From: a bacterium | Lineage (GTDB): Bacteria; Patescibacteriota; Minisyncoccia; Phycocordibacterales; JAKAEA01 | DNA length: 64,000 bases | Assembly: GCA_021818465.1 (NCBI GenBank) | Contig: JAKAEA010000002.1 | Location: 31,882-95,881, forward strand | Direction: 5' to 3' | Shown here: in pieces, positions 39,934-50,153 of the stretch | Position numbering within the stretch: position 1 is the first letter of the stretch | Layout of the letters: each line of letters opens with the position of its first letter | Notes under the pieces: generated by a model | What the model was told of the DNA's origin: nothing | The model's database searches: none | Seen by the model: the letters and a program-made list of their open reading frames with translations, nothing else | Translations under genes and position numbers: made by a program

Positions 39934-40862
39934 AAAATATTCCATGTATATTGTGTGGAAAAAATAAAGCGGATACCGTAAAACGTCTGCGTGATATGCA
40001 TATGTATATTGATAGATCTACATTTACTCTTGTTCGCTGTCGCCAATGTGGTCTTATGTACCTAAATCCTCAACCAACAATAGAAGAATTGGCTCGTTAC
40101 TATCCTCCCCATTATTCTGCATACTGCAATGAAGTATCAGTTTTTGGACAAAATTATTTTTACAACGTTCTGCGACATATAAAACGTTTTTTTACATCGC
40201 ACCGTTCCATAAAAGTTTTTACAAAACTACACAACGATAACTCGAGTAAAACCGTTTTAGATTTCGGTTGTGGCAATGGCACCTACCTCTTAGGTTTACG
40301 TCACAACCACCCATCATGGAAACTATATGGTTCAGATATTCAAATAAATGAAACAGTAAAAAATGCACTTGAGAAAAATACTATCGTAACAATAATAGGA
40401 CCAACACACCTACCTTGGAAACAATTACCAACAAAAAGTTTTGATCGCATAACTCTTTTTCAAGTATTAGAACATGTAAATAATCCTCGTGAGGTTTTGG
40501 AAAATCTTCGACCGCTGCTTAAAAAAGATGGGGAGTTGCATATTGAAGTTCCTAATATTGCTACCTTAAAATTTAAAATTTTTGGACGTTATTTTTCCAA
40601 TCTTGATGCCCCGCGCCATCTCTATCATTTCTCACCCAATACACTTCAGCGTCTTTGTGAGCAGTGTGGTTTCCGTATTACGAAACTAGAGGTATCCGGC
40701 ACCACAAAAAGCACCGTACGCAGTCTATATAATTTGTTTCATATTCACAATCGCCAACTTGATCCGTTACTCTATAGTCTTGTGGATATACTCACAAAAT
40801 ATATCGGTAAAAATCGCCTTAATACCGAAGCGTTAGAGGTTAGATGTGTACCTGCCAAATAA
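39930..40862 (+). CDS. Class I SAM methyltransferase with N-terminal zinc-binding motif
   Basis: CILC..CRQCGL, VLDFGCGNG, VLEHV and PRHLYHFS motifs. Confidence 0.88.
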   Translation: MKNIPCILCGKNKADTVKRLRDMHMYIDRSTFTLVRCRQCGLMYLNPQPTIEELARYYPPHYSAYCNEVSVFGQNYFYNVLRHIKRFFTSHRSIKVFTKLHNDNSSKTVLDFGCGNGTYLLGLRHNHPSWKLYGSDIQINETVKNALEKNTIVTIIGPTHLPWKQLPTKSFDRITLFQVLEHVNNPREVLENLRPLLKKDGELHIEVPNIATLKFKIFGRYFSNLDAPRHLYHFSPNTLQRLCEQCGFRITKLEVSGTTKSTVRSLYNLFHIHNRQLDPLLYSLVDILTKYIGKNRLNTEALEVRCVPAK

Positions 40863-41810
40863 TTTTTTTAACCAATGATATGGGCGTGGATAGTGCCATT
40901 TTAAAAACCATTTAAAACGTTGCATGTGTGTGCGGCCAATACCAAAAACATATTGAGAAGTGTACCGTTCCGCTTGTTGATTAATTACGAAAAAGTTAGG
41001 GTGCTTGAGTGGAAACATCATTGATTCGGATGGGATATTGGCAAGTGGATCATTTGGATTTTTTGCTGAGACTGCCTCTTGTCCAAAACCAATATTGGTC
41101 ACGAGATTAACACACGGATTAATGCAAAGACCACCTTGCGACAAAACTGCAAACGTCCACTGTCCATCCCATGACCGAATGCGATCTTCGTAATAGTCTT
41201 GGAAACGTTGTTCCCAACGGTAGGCTACCGCTGGATCAGAAAAGATATTGTATGTCAGTTGTTGCTTTCGTGCTTCAGGCCAATGCTGTACGTCAGGATC
41301 ATAATGCACCCAAGCACGTCGCCAACTTGCCCAACCCCAAATATGCGGGATGTGCGAAAAATAATAACTTTCTCGACAAACAAATTTTTTATTATTTTGT
41401 TGAAAATTATTACCACCAATATGCATCACCCGCGTATCATCAGCATAACGTTCTAAAAGTTCTTCGCAAAAACGAAAAAAACTCTGATTTGGTAAACAAT
41501 CATGCTCAAGAATAATAGCGCGTTCTTCGTTTTCAAAAATCCACTGAAGACCAGTTGCTAAACGACGTTTTACGTCCATGTGTTCTGTAGCATAATTAGT
41601 TCGCACTTCACACCAATCAATTTTCTCCACAAGCGCTTTGCTAGCAGCAAACCTTGCCTTATCTGCGGGCGTTTGCCCTTCATCACAAAAGCAATAGAGT
41701 ATTTTCGGCCGCGCTTCTTTAATGGCAGCAATCACACGCGTCAGTGTTTCGGTTCGATTAGAAAGCACGAGAGCAACGGGTGTGTGTAGTTGATATATTT
41801 TTTCATTCAT
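40833..41810 (-). CDS. GT-A nucleotide-diphospho-sugar transferase
   Basis: AIILEHDCLP, HIWGWASWRRAW and NLVTNIGFG motifs. Confidence 0.85.
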   Translation of the reverse strand: MNEKIYQLHTPVALVLSNRTETLTRVIAAIKEARPKILYCFCDEGQTPADKARFAASKALVEKIDWCEVRTNYATEHMDVKRRLATGLQWIFENEERAIILEHDCLPNQSFFRFCEELLERYADDTRVMHIGGNNFQQNNKKFVCRESYYFSHIPHIWGWASWRRAWVHYDPDVQHWPEARKQQLTYNIFSDPAVAYRWEQRFQDYYEDRIRSWDGQWTFAVLSQGGLCINPCVNLVTNIGFGQEAVSAKNPNDPLANIPSESMMFPLKHPNFFVINQQAERYTSQYVFGIGRTHMQRFKWFLKWHYPRPYHWLKKLFGRYTSNL

Positions 41811-43026
41811 AAAAAGCAGTATAGACTTTTTCTGTGCGTTGCACCCAATCATCTAGAGAAAAAAGATTTTTGACTCTTTTATAACCAGCTATTCCTAATG
41901 TGTGTTGTAATTTTTGATCAGCAAGAATTTTTTCTAGAGCAACAGAAAAAGCATGTATATCGTTCGGATCAATAATGAATCCTGTTTCTCCATTTTTTAC
42001 CATTTCAGGAGTACCGCCCCAACATGTGCCCACAACTGGTTTACGAGAAGCCATCGCTTCCAACACAACCGTCGGTAATGGATCAAGATAAAGGGATGGC
42101 ACCACAACAACACTCGCCGCCGCGTATATTGTCGTCAGCTCATCACCACTAAGCCAGCCCATGCTCACCACGTTTTCTTTCATTCCCCACGCTGCTGCTT
42201 GTTGTATTAGTTGATTACTATATGCAGTAGATGCACCAAGAAGTACGAGAGTCGCTGATGGTTCTTTATGTATCACGTGTCGCATCGCTTGTAGTATTAC
42301 ATTACCACCTTTAGAAGCACTTATTCGTCCACCAAACAACACAATTCGCTTTTGTTCTAGGTGATTTTTTTTAATATACACATCTACTTGCTGTACTTGC
42401 ACATCCCATGCCTCTACAGCAATACCGTTATGTATCATTGCAATATTATGAATACCATTTTCTTGTAACGCACTTTGGAGAGCATTACTAACAGCAAATA
42501 TTTTATGAACATTTTTTAATAAAATTTTAATAAAAATATTTCTAAAAGGATTGTATCGGAATCGGTATTCACACCACTGCTGCCATGCTGATAACACATA
42601 ATTCCCTTTTTTATTTTTAAAAAGTTTTCCGTAATGCACAAGCATTGCATCATGTGCGGTTAAAAAGACTTTTGCACCACTTCGATGTGCTTGATGAAGC
42701 GTCCAATACGACAAATGATAATGAATATTGTGCGCATGCACTACATCTGGTTTTATTTCTCTAAGCAAACGACTCACTGTTGAAACTGTTGTTGGATTAT
42801 ACAGGCTTCGCCACCCTCGCCAACGCTCGGTGTAGTTAGAATATATCCGCTCTACTCGAATCCCATCTTCGTAAAATGTGCCTGTATGTGCACGATTTCC
42901 AACCGCAGTAATAACAGTTACTGTATGCTTTCGCCGAACAAGTGCACGAGCAAGCGTATGTGCAACAATCCCTGCCCCACCCTTAGCATATGGTGGAAAA
43001 TCGTCTTGAAGAAAAAGTATGTTCAT
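41803..43026 (-). CDS. Glycosyltransferase family 4
   Basis: PDVVHAHN and VVLEAMASRKPVV..GGTPE motifs. Confidence 0.9.
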   Translation of the reverse strand: MNILFLQDDFPPYAKGGAGIVAHTLARALVRRKHTVTVITAVGNRAHTGTFYEDGIRVERIYSNYTERWRGWRSLYNPTTVSTVSRLLREIKPDVVHAHNIHYHLSYWTLHQAHRSGAKVFLTAHDAMLVHYGKLFKNKKGNYVLSAWQQWCEYRFRYNPFRNIFIKILLKNVHKIFAVSNALQSALQENGIHNIAMIHNGIAVEAWDVQVQQVDVYIKKNHLEQKRIVLFGGRISASKGGNVILQAMRHVIHKEPSATLVLLGASTAYSNQLIQQAAAWGMKENVVSMGWLSGDELTTIYAAASVVVVPSLYLDPLPTVVLEAMASRKPVVGTCWGGTPEMVKNGETGFIIDPNDIHAFSVALEKILADQKLQHTLGIAGYKRVKNLFSLDDWVQRTEKVYTAFYE

Positions 43027-43670
43027 TTTTTTTGAAATACTGCGCACCACCCTATAGTATGTTTACGATTGGCAACAGAATGGTCACGACGATCACGCCA
43101 TATCGCTAACCGACCCCATAGAGCAAAAATCTTGCTGGCTATTCGCCCCCCCCAAGGATGGTTGTGCAGATGGAATACGTCTATATAAAATCGCATAGCC
43201 ATTTGAGCTCGCGTTGAAAAATATCCACCGCGCTGATCGATACTAATAAGTTTTAGATCATGCCGTTCAAAAAGTGCGACTAGTCCATAGCGAGTATAAC
43301 GCCAATAATCGTGTGGTTCTTCATGAAGTTCATTCCACTGCGGTACTGTAATAAGTAGGTATCCATCTTTTCTTAGAACTCTCCCCACTTCCGTTGCGGC
43401 TTGTTCAGGATTTTCCACATGCTCAAAAACCTGCGTTGAAATTATTGCATCGAAACATGTATCAGGAAATGGTAATTTTTCAGCACGTCCCACCACATCA
43501 ACATTTTCGCCGGCAGCAATATCCATACGTACATACTCAGTTACTGTCGTTGGCAGTTCATATCGCTCAAACTGACCACTACCAATATTTAATGTTTTTC
43601 CTTTTAAATATCTGATTTTTTCAGCAATTTGTTTCTGTAAAAGAAACCTGTCAACTTGAAAAATATACAT
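43023..43670 (-). CDS. Type 11 SAM methyltransferase
   Basis: NIGSG, QVFEHV and HEEPHDYWRYT motifs. Confidence 0.88.
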   Translation of the reverse strand: MYIFQVDRFLLQKQIAEKIRYLKGKTLNIGSGQFERYELPTTVTEYVRMDIAAGENVDVVGRAEKLPFPDTCFDAIISTQVFEHVENPEQAATEVGRVLRKDGYLLITVPQWNELHEEPHDYWRYTRYGLVALFERHDLKLISIDQRGGYFSTRAQMAMRFYIDVFHLHNHPWGGRIASKIFALWGRLAIWRDRRDHSVANRKHTIGWCAVFQKK

Positions 43671-43686
43671 ATGTTTATGAATTGTA

Positions 43687-44811
43687 TTAACCGAGTATAT
43701 GCACAATCTCATGAATAACCATTTCTACTGAAATAGCCTCGACCTGCCGCCGCGCCTCGACTCTATTATACATACGAGCGTTCATAATATGCAGCTGTGG
43801 CGCGCGACGTGTATGATCAAATACGACTCGATTTTTTTCGCTCCGCGGCGGCTGCTCCTGTTCACTCATTGGACCGAGAATATCGACCGTCGGGACATTA
43901 AAAGCTTCGGCTATATACAATGGACCAGTATCAACACTTACAAAAATTTTTGCTTGAGCAATAAGCGCCTTGAGTTCATCTAAAGAAAAAAGTTCGCTGA
44001 CGTTTATAACGCCACGCTGTCCATGAAGCGCTGCTACCATAGCTGCAACTTCTTCTGTATCACGTTTACCGCCAATAATAATAACCGGTATATGGCGAGC
44101 AATAAAATATTCAGCCACCTGCGCAAAACGTTCGGCTGGCCAATTTTTTATTTTGTTTCCTGCAGACGGTGATATAAGAGCAAATTCACCTCGCATCACG
44201 TTTTTGTCGTGCAGAAATTTTTCTATGGTTAACCGTGCAGCATCAGAATAGCCGAGTCGCTTGGTTGTATCGTTATTGGTTATACTAAGCGGCTCCAACA
44301 GTCGCATATACTCTCGAGGAGCATACTGATACATTGTATGAGGACGTGTTTCGGCAACGTGACGCAGTAACACATATGGTTTTGTTTCATACGGACTCCA
44401 ACCGCCTTCTACTCGCGGCACAGCAATCACACGCACACCACCGAGATACATCGCCGACAGCGCTCGAAAATCCGGCACAACAGTGCACCCAAAATCAAAA
44501 TTCTCTTGCCGAATCAATCGGATTAATTCTTTCGTTGAAAATTTGTCGTAAGAAATATACGCATCAACATCGTGGTTATATGCGAGCACCTCGCGATTAA
44601 GCGAATTACCAACAACAGTAAGTAGTACATGAGGATATGTTGCTTTCAGTGCCCGAAACACTGGCGTAGTGCACACCATGTCCCCTAACTTTGCTCCCTG
44701 AAACACAATAACTTTTTGAGGGGTTTGTACCTCGCCTTTAGCAAATCCACGAAATGGAAAAAAAACGAAACTTTTTAATAACAAAAATATATTTTGAAAT
44801 CTAGAATTCAT
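43687..44811 (-). CDS. Glycosyltransferase family 9 (heptosyltransferase-like)
   Basis: KLGDMVCTTP, KNWPAERF and SVDTGPLYIA motifs. Confidence 0.88.
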   Translation of the reverse strand: MNSRFQNIFLLLKSFVFFPFRGFAKGEVQTPQKVIVFQGAKLGDMVCTTPVFRALKATYPHVLLTVVGNSLNREVLAYNHDVDAYISYDKFSTKELIRLIRQENFDFGCTVVPDFRALSAMYLGGVRVIAVPRVEGGWSPYETKPYVLLRHVAETRPHTMYQYAPREYMRLLEPLSITNNDTTKRLGYSDAARLTIEKFLHDKNVMRGEFALISPSAGNKIKNWPAERFAQVAEYFIARHIPVIIIGGKRDTEEVAAMVAALHGQRGVINVSELFSLDELKALIAQAKIFVSVDTGPLYIAEAFNVPTVDILGPMSEQEQPPRSEKNRVVFDHTRRAPQLHIMNARMYNRVEARRQVEAISVEMVIHEIVHILG

Positions 44812-45560
44812 AGGTGCAGAAAATTTTTAAGGCGCACATACATCGCAATAGCATCAGACACTTTCGCTTTAAATTGCCCGAAGGTGGTTGAAGAATCTAT
44901 AGAATTTCTTTTTAATTCATATAGAGCATCACCAGCATGAACAATACCCTCGTGCACGGTCACCCCCGCACAGTAACCAGTTTCGTGGGCAATGGTGACA
45001 GTTTCGTCAGTATATTTACCTTTTGGATACGCAATAACGGGCTCAGGTATGTGCACGAGTTTTTGTATATCAGCAAGTGCTGTGTGCAATTCGTATCGCT
45101 GCTCTTCTCGTGTCGCCTCGCGCAAGATGCGGTGCGTCGCTGTATGTGGCATAAAATCAATACGTCCCTGATGAGCAACATCTGTAACCTCTGCCGCAGT
45201 AACTATATCAGACGTACCGAGCAATTTGCTGGCAATAAATACGGTCGCCGGAAACCCTACGTCATTCAAAACTGGTAGCGCGTGTGTTAAAAAATTTTTA
45301 TATCCATCGTCAAAGGTAATAACGACGCTTGGTTGCAGTGTTCGACCAGCTCGCATATCGCGCACTACCTCACTAAGCCGTCGCACTAAAAATTTCTTCT
45401 CTTTCAAATACATCATCTGCCGCCGAAATTCCTGCACGGAAACCGTAAAAAACCGACTATCTTCCCCCACCGAGTGATACATTAAAATGCTCACCCCGGA
45501 AAGGCGCGGCTTCCACATCCGCAAGAAAAAAAATAAGATTGATTTAATAACCGCTTTCAT
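44808..45560 (-). CDS. Polysaccharide deacetylase (CE4/NodB)
   Basis: ILMYHSV, ITFDDGY, HTATH and AYPKG motifs. Confidence 0.9.
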   Translation of the reverse strand: MKAVIKSILFFFLRMWKPRLSGVSILMYHSVGEDSRFFTVSVQEFRRQMMYLKEKKFLVRRLSEVVRDMRAGRTLQPSVVITFDDGYKNFLTHALPVLNDVGFPATVFIASKLLGTSDIVTAAEVTDVAHQGRIDFMPHTATHRILREATREEQRYELHTALADIQKLVHIPEPVIAYPKGKYTDETVTIAHETGYCAGVTVHEGIVHAGDALYELKRNSIDSSTTFGQFKAKVSDAIAMYVRLKNFLHL

Positions 45561-46683
45561 GATTTTTTTCCATAAACGCAAGAATCGCTTGAGCTCGCCT
45601 ATCCCACGTATAAGCTTGAACATCACGTAATGCTTGTGTAGCCCGACGAGAGGCCTCTTCTTTGTTAGCAACAACTGACTGGATTTTCACCGCGAGTGCA
45701 TCAACATCGCCTGGAGGCACTAGAAATGCATTCTTCTCTGATAAAATTTCCCGAATACTTGGCAAATCAGAGGCAACAATAGGTGTGCCGCTTGCCATAT
45801 ATTCAAAAAGCTTCAACGGCGAGGTGTAGCGTTCAGAATTAGCATCACCACGCGTATTAGGTAATACGAGAACATCCGCCACCTGAAGATACGCGGCAAC
45901 TTCAGCATGTTTTTTTCTACCAATTAGTAGAAGATTTTTTGCCGTTGGATACGTGGTTTGAATAGTCGCTATTTCGTGTTCGTTACCACCAACAGCAACG
46001 ACAACAATGTTTTCTGGTAATTTCTCAGCGGCTCGCAGAAGTACATCAACCCCCTTCCAGTCATACAAATAGAAACTACCAACATACATAGCTATTTTTT
46101 TCTCAACAGGTAAACCGAGTTGGTGTCGAATCTGGTGATGAGAATTCAAGGCATTAAAAGCCTGAAGATTAACACCATCTGGCGCAACAATTATTTTTGA
46201 TTCTGGAATACCTTGTGCAACAATTTCCTCTTTTAGATATTTCGTGAGTACAACAATTTTTTGTGCTCGCCGCCACACTAGTCGCTGCCACCGAGAAATA
46301 TGCTTCGGCAAATCGTGAACTTCTAAAACAAAATTTTTAAACATGAGTCCCACTCGTGGTTCGCGAGTATAGAGCACGTCAGACGACTCACGAGCCAATA
46401 CACGACGCGCCATCCAGAGAAATGTTATTGTTTGAATCCAAAAACCCAACGCTCCAATAGGCCATCCCACCGCATCAACACACCACAGATATTTAATAGA
46501 AAATGTTTTGTTAATTCCATAATAGGTAAAAGGATTTTCAATAATCGGTGTGGCTCGTCGTGGCACCAAAAGGTGCACATCGGCGCCTGCCTTTGCAAAG
46601 GCAGCACACATTTCCATAATCTGCACACCATGTGCTTTTTCCGTCGGTAAGCGTATGTTAGCAATGTAGTAAAATCGCTTCAT
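45544..46683 (-). CDS. Glycosyltransferase family 4
   Basis: RLPTEKAHG and TSPLKLFEYMASG motifs. Confidence 0.9.
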   Translation of the reverse strand: MKRFYYIANIRLPTEKAHGVQIMEMCAAFAKAGADVHLLVPRRATPIIENPFTYYGINKTFSIKYLWCVDAVGWPIGALGFWIQTITFLWMARRVLARESSDVLYTREPRVGLMFKNFVLEVHDLPKHISRWQRLVWRRAQKIVVLTKYLKEEIVAQGIPESKIIVAPDGVNLQAFNALNSHHQIRHQLGLPVEKKIAMYVGSFYLYDWKGVDVLLRAAEKLPENIVVVAVGGNEHEIATIQTTYPTAKNLLLIGRKKHAEVAAYLQVADVLVLPNTRGDANSERYTSPLKLFEYMASGTPIVASDLPSIREILSEKNAFLVPPGDVDALAVKIQSVVANKEEASRRATQALRDVQAYTWDRRAQAILAFMEKNHESGY

Positions 46684-46868
46684 CTTTTTTTATCTAGATA
46701 TATAGCATTAGCTGGAGTCTGGGCCATAAGCTCATAGTCGTGCTCGGTCAGGAGTTTTTGAACTGTATCTGAAAAATGCGATACTCCCTCTGTACCAAAA
46801 ATTACCGACTCCACACAGAATATAACCGGTCTCGTTTTCCAACTGAAATTAGAAATAATACGGCGACA
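46680..46868 (-). pseudogene. Startless C-terminal remnant, FkbM-methyltransferase-like
   Basis: Open frame CRRIISNFSWKTRPVIFCVES...QKLLTEHDYELMAQTPANAIYLDKKR*, ending in an ATGA overlap with the next gene. Confidence 0.55.
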
Positions 46869-47930
46869 TTATAGGTCAGTATAGAAACGAACGAGCTTAC
46901 GAGCCGATTTTTCCCACGATTGACCAGCAACACTCTGTATAATAGCATCCCCCCTCGGTAGTGGACAGGTGGAGATTTTTTGAAAAATTTTTTTGAGTTC
47001 TGCGTCATCACGAAAAACCCAACCCGTACTAGCAGGTTGAATTATTTCCGCAGCAGCAATATCTCTTATAATAACAGGAACCCCATACGACAGTGCCAGC
47101 AACATACCGCCCGAGGTCATTTCCGAATTGTCATAATAAAACACGCACACATCCGCAACTCCGAGAAGACGTGGTAATTCATCATTGGGAATATAACGAT
47201 TTTCAAACACAATGTGCGGACAACCCTCGCTGGCACGACGTATACAAGCGGAATACGTTTCATCAGCTTTACCAACAATATATAGTTTTACTTTTTTATT
47301 TCCCCAATCAATAGTTTTAAAAACCTGTATGATGCTGTCGATTTTTTTGTAAGGCCGGACAGCACCAAAAACTAAAAATACAATTTCTTCATGAGTACAA
47401 CCGTAGTTTCTTTTTATTGCATCACGATCAGGCACAACGGGACCATACGCACCACTATAGTTTCCATGGGCAACAAAACACATTTTTTTCCTCTGCCCGA
47501 TGGACGCAGAAAGCGCATCGTAGGTACATTGCTGCTGCACAACAATACCATCTGCTATATACCCAAGCACATATCTACCCAACCTATCAATCAAAGGATG
47601 CGGGTAGTCGTGCGCGTAGGCGTTATGCATAGTCCAACAAATTTTATATCCCCGATATTTGAGAATATAAAGCAACGCCGCTGTTCCGAAAATCATCAAA
47701 AAACTTTTAAGCGCATAGCGACTGCCGTAGAGAACCGTTGACCAATGAATGGTAATTATTTTTTTCGTGGCAGCAGGTGTACGCTCTGTGTTAGCAAGAA
47801 GGCCAAGGAGACCGTATCGCGGCAATGATTTAATTTCTATACCACCCTGAGCTTCTAGAGCGGCATGCAAAAGTTCAAAATAAGCATTGTGCTTATCAGA
47901 AAAAGGTATGGAGTAAAGAAGAATAGACAT
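46869..47930 (-). CDS. Glycosyltransferase family 4-like
   Basis: WTMHN, AHGNY, FGAVRPYK and TSGGMLLALSYG motifs. Confidence 0.88.
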   Translation of the reverse strand: MSILLYSIPFSDKHNAYFELLHAALEAQGGIEIKSLPRYGLLGLLANTERTPAATKKIITIHWSTVLYGSRYALKSFLMIFGTAALLYILKYRGYKICWTMHNAYAHDYPHPLIDRLGRYVLGYIADGIVVQQQCTYDALSASIGQRKKMCFVAHGNYSGAYGPVVPDRDAIKRNYGCTHEEIVFLVFGAVRPYKKIDSIIQVFKTIDWGNKKVKLYIVGKADETYSACIRRASEGCPHIVFENRYIPNDELPRLLGVADVCVFYYDNSEMTSGGMLLALSYGVPVIIRDIAAAEIIQPASTGWVFRDDAELKKIFQKISTCPLPRGDAIIQSVAGQSWEKSARKLVRFYTDL

Positions 47931-47932
47931 AG

Positions 47933-50143
47933 TTACAACTTCCTAAGCTCGTTAGAGATAGTGTCTATGAGCCCAGTAATGTTCGCTTGTGTACGCACGG
48001 TGTTTTGCAGCTCTTCAGTAAGGGTGCGTATATCTTTGTATTCGTGGAGTGCTGATATTTTTAAGGCCAAATCCTCAGCGTCTCGTTCTCTAAACATAAG
48101 GATTTGGCTATATGGTCCTAGCACTTCTTTGAATGCGGGATTGGAAGTTAACACGGGTGTTCCGGCGGCCATAGATTCGAGCACCGCTTTATCTTGACCA
48201 CCGCTTGGCGCGGCATTAATACTAATGTCAGCGTGCCAATACTGCTCGGCAATTTTTGTCGACGCAATAGCACCGACCCAACGAATTTCTTTGGTAAGAT
48301 TAAGTGCGCTAATCTGTTGTTCTAATTTTTTCTTATATATTGTATCGGCGGGATACGTTGCCTCACCGACAAGATCAAGCGCCACCATATTACCTCGTTT
48401 TTTCAAAAGCGCGACGGCATCAATAATCGTATCCAGATTTTTAATGGGCGTGACACGACCCACACTCACGAGATGTAGTGAATGGTGGTGGCGATGGTGG
48501 TGCTGCGCCACGCTCGTGTGCGGTCGAATAAAAGCAGCAACGTCTACTGCCTGTCCTAGATAGTGAACTTTTTTACTTGCAATCCGAAAACTTTGTGGCG
48601 TCGCGGTAAAAACGCTATTGGCTATACGCGTCGCTAACCGCAAGGTTATACTAACGTGTCGATGCACATACCACAACGCAATTTTTTTACGCCACTGTTT
48701 CCACAACAATCCTCCGAGCACAACGTATATGGGATTCATGTGTACCAACACCGCATCATATTTTTCCCGTTCGTGACGAATATAATAAAAAAATCTGCGA
48801 ATATATTTCCACCGCGAACGACCGTTTTCTTTGCCAAGCGAACGTATAGTGACATTAGCCGGCAGAGCATGTCGTCCTTCTTCTAAACAAATTACCGTCA
48901 CTGTCTCAAAATGCTCCGCGAATGCTTCAATCCACCGATGAAAAAAACCAAGGACAGGATTATCGAGATTAACACTCTGGGTCACAATAAGTAATCGTTT
49001 TATTTTTTCGACGTGTAGTGTTTGTTCAAACAATGTCTTATATTCTTCCAGATACCGCTCGTTGGAAATTAAACCTTGGGTAACAGCAGCACCCGCAGCA
49101 ACACCGAGCCTCTGACACGTCTCGGGTGCAGCCAGTAACTCGCTGAGCGTTTTTTCAAAATCATCTTCGTTCGCCACTCGACACACGCGCGCACTCACGT
49201 TATCACGTAACACATCTCCAGCAATACCAACGTCAGACGTCACAATAGTCTTACCTGCCGCAGCTGCTTCGAGAAGCGTCAAACCGTAGCCTTCATAGAG
49301 CGACGTAGAAAGAAAAATGTTCGCTGCCGCATAATACGGAGCAACATCATTCGTCCACGGCTCAAAAACTACCGCCTCACCGAGACCGAGCTTCGCGCAT
49401 AAACGTTGTAATCGTTTTTTTTCTGGACCATCGCCAACAATAACCAAACCAACCGTTGGAAAATCAGCAAGAATTTTTTTAAAAACACGTATAGCCAGAG
49501 CGATATTTTTTTCTGGCGCTAAACGAGATACCATCAAAATGACATCGGAAAATTGCGGATACTTGTCGGTACTGGTGGCAGCTATCGCTTGGAATCGCGT
49601 CGCATCGGTGTAAATCGGGAGCACCGATATTTTTGTTCGATCGATGTCGGGAAAATGCTCGACGAGTGAACGAGCGATGCGTTGAGAAACAACGCGAACG
49701 GTATCAGCTCGAGGTACCACCCGCCAGGCAATAAACGATCGCAAAAAATTGAGCACAGAGTGGCGCCAAAAGTATGGGCTCAAAAAATCAGTGTGCACCT
49801 GCACCTGCAATCGCATGCCGAATCGTTTTTTTAAAAATATCCCCACAAGACCCGTTTCAAACGGATCTTGTACCGAAACAATTGTGTCAGCTGCTGTATA
49901 TTTTTTCTGACGAATGCATGTCGCAGCGACACGCCGAGCATCCTGTATATAGAAAAATTTTGAACGAGAATTTGTCGGATAGACCCACACATTATGTGCA
50001 AGCTGTTGTGGCGTATACCCACGTACGGTAAAAACAATAATGTGCATTTCTCCCACACGATTGCCATATGCGACCATTCGCTGGCGCACAGCGCTGCCCT
50101 CTTCAAAAAGTTTGCGATCGGTACCAATACTAATGACGTTCAT
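47933..50143 (-). CDS. Tandem fusion of two GT4 glycosyltransferases
   Basis: Two GT-B modules (YEGYGLTLLEAAA; DKAVLESMAAG). Confidence 0.88.
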   Translation of the reverse strand: MNVISIGTDRKLFEEGSAVRQRMVAYGNRVGEMHIIVFTVRGYTPQQLAHNVWVYPTNSRSKFFYIQDARRVAATCIRQKKYTAADTIVSVQDPFETGLVGIFLKKRFGMRLQVQVHTDFLSPYFWRHSVLNFLRSFIAWRVVPRADTVRVVSQRIARSLVEHFPDIDRTKISVLPIYTDATRFQAIAATSTDKYPQFSDVILMVSRLAPEKNIALAIRVFKKILADFPTVGLVIVGDGPEKKRLQRLCAKLGLGEAVVFEPWTNDVAPYYAAANIFLSTSLYEGYGLTLLEAAAAGKTIVTSDVGIAGDVLRDNVSARVCRVANEDDFEKTLSELLAAPETCQRLGVAAGAAVTQGLISNERYLEEYKTLFEQTLHVEKIKRLLIVTQSVNLDNPVLGFFHRWIEAFAEHFETVTVICLEEGRHALPANVTIRSLGKENGRSRWKYIRRFFYYIRHEREKYDAVLVHMNPIYVVLGGLLWKQWRKKIALWYVHRHVSITLRLATRIANSVFTATPQSFRIASKKVHYLGQAVDVAAFIRPHTSVAQHHHRHHHSLHLVSVGRVTPIKNLDTIIDAVALLKKRGNMVALDLVGEATYPADTIYKKKLEQQISALNLTKEIRWVGAIASTKIAEQYWHADISINAAPSGGQDKAVLESMAAGTPVLTSNPAFKEVLGPYSQILMFRERDAEDLALKISALHEYKDIRTLTEELQNTVRTQANITGLIDTISNELRKL

Positions 50144-50153
50144 ATACTATAGA

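Noticed and set aside
48478-48506. His-rich stretch QHHHRHHHSLH in the double GT4
   Set aside because: A short interdomain linker with no other evidence of a metal-related function.
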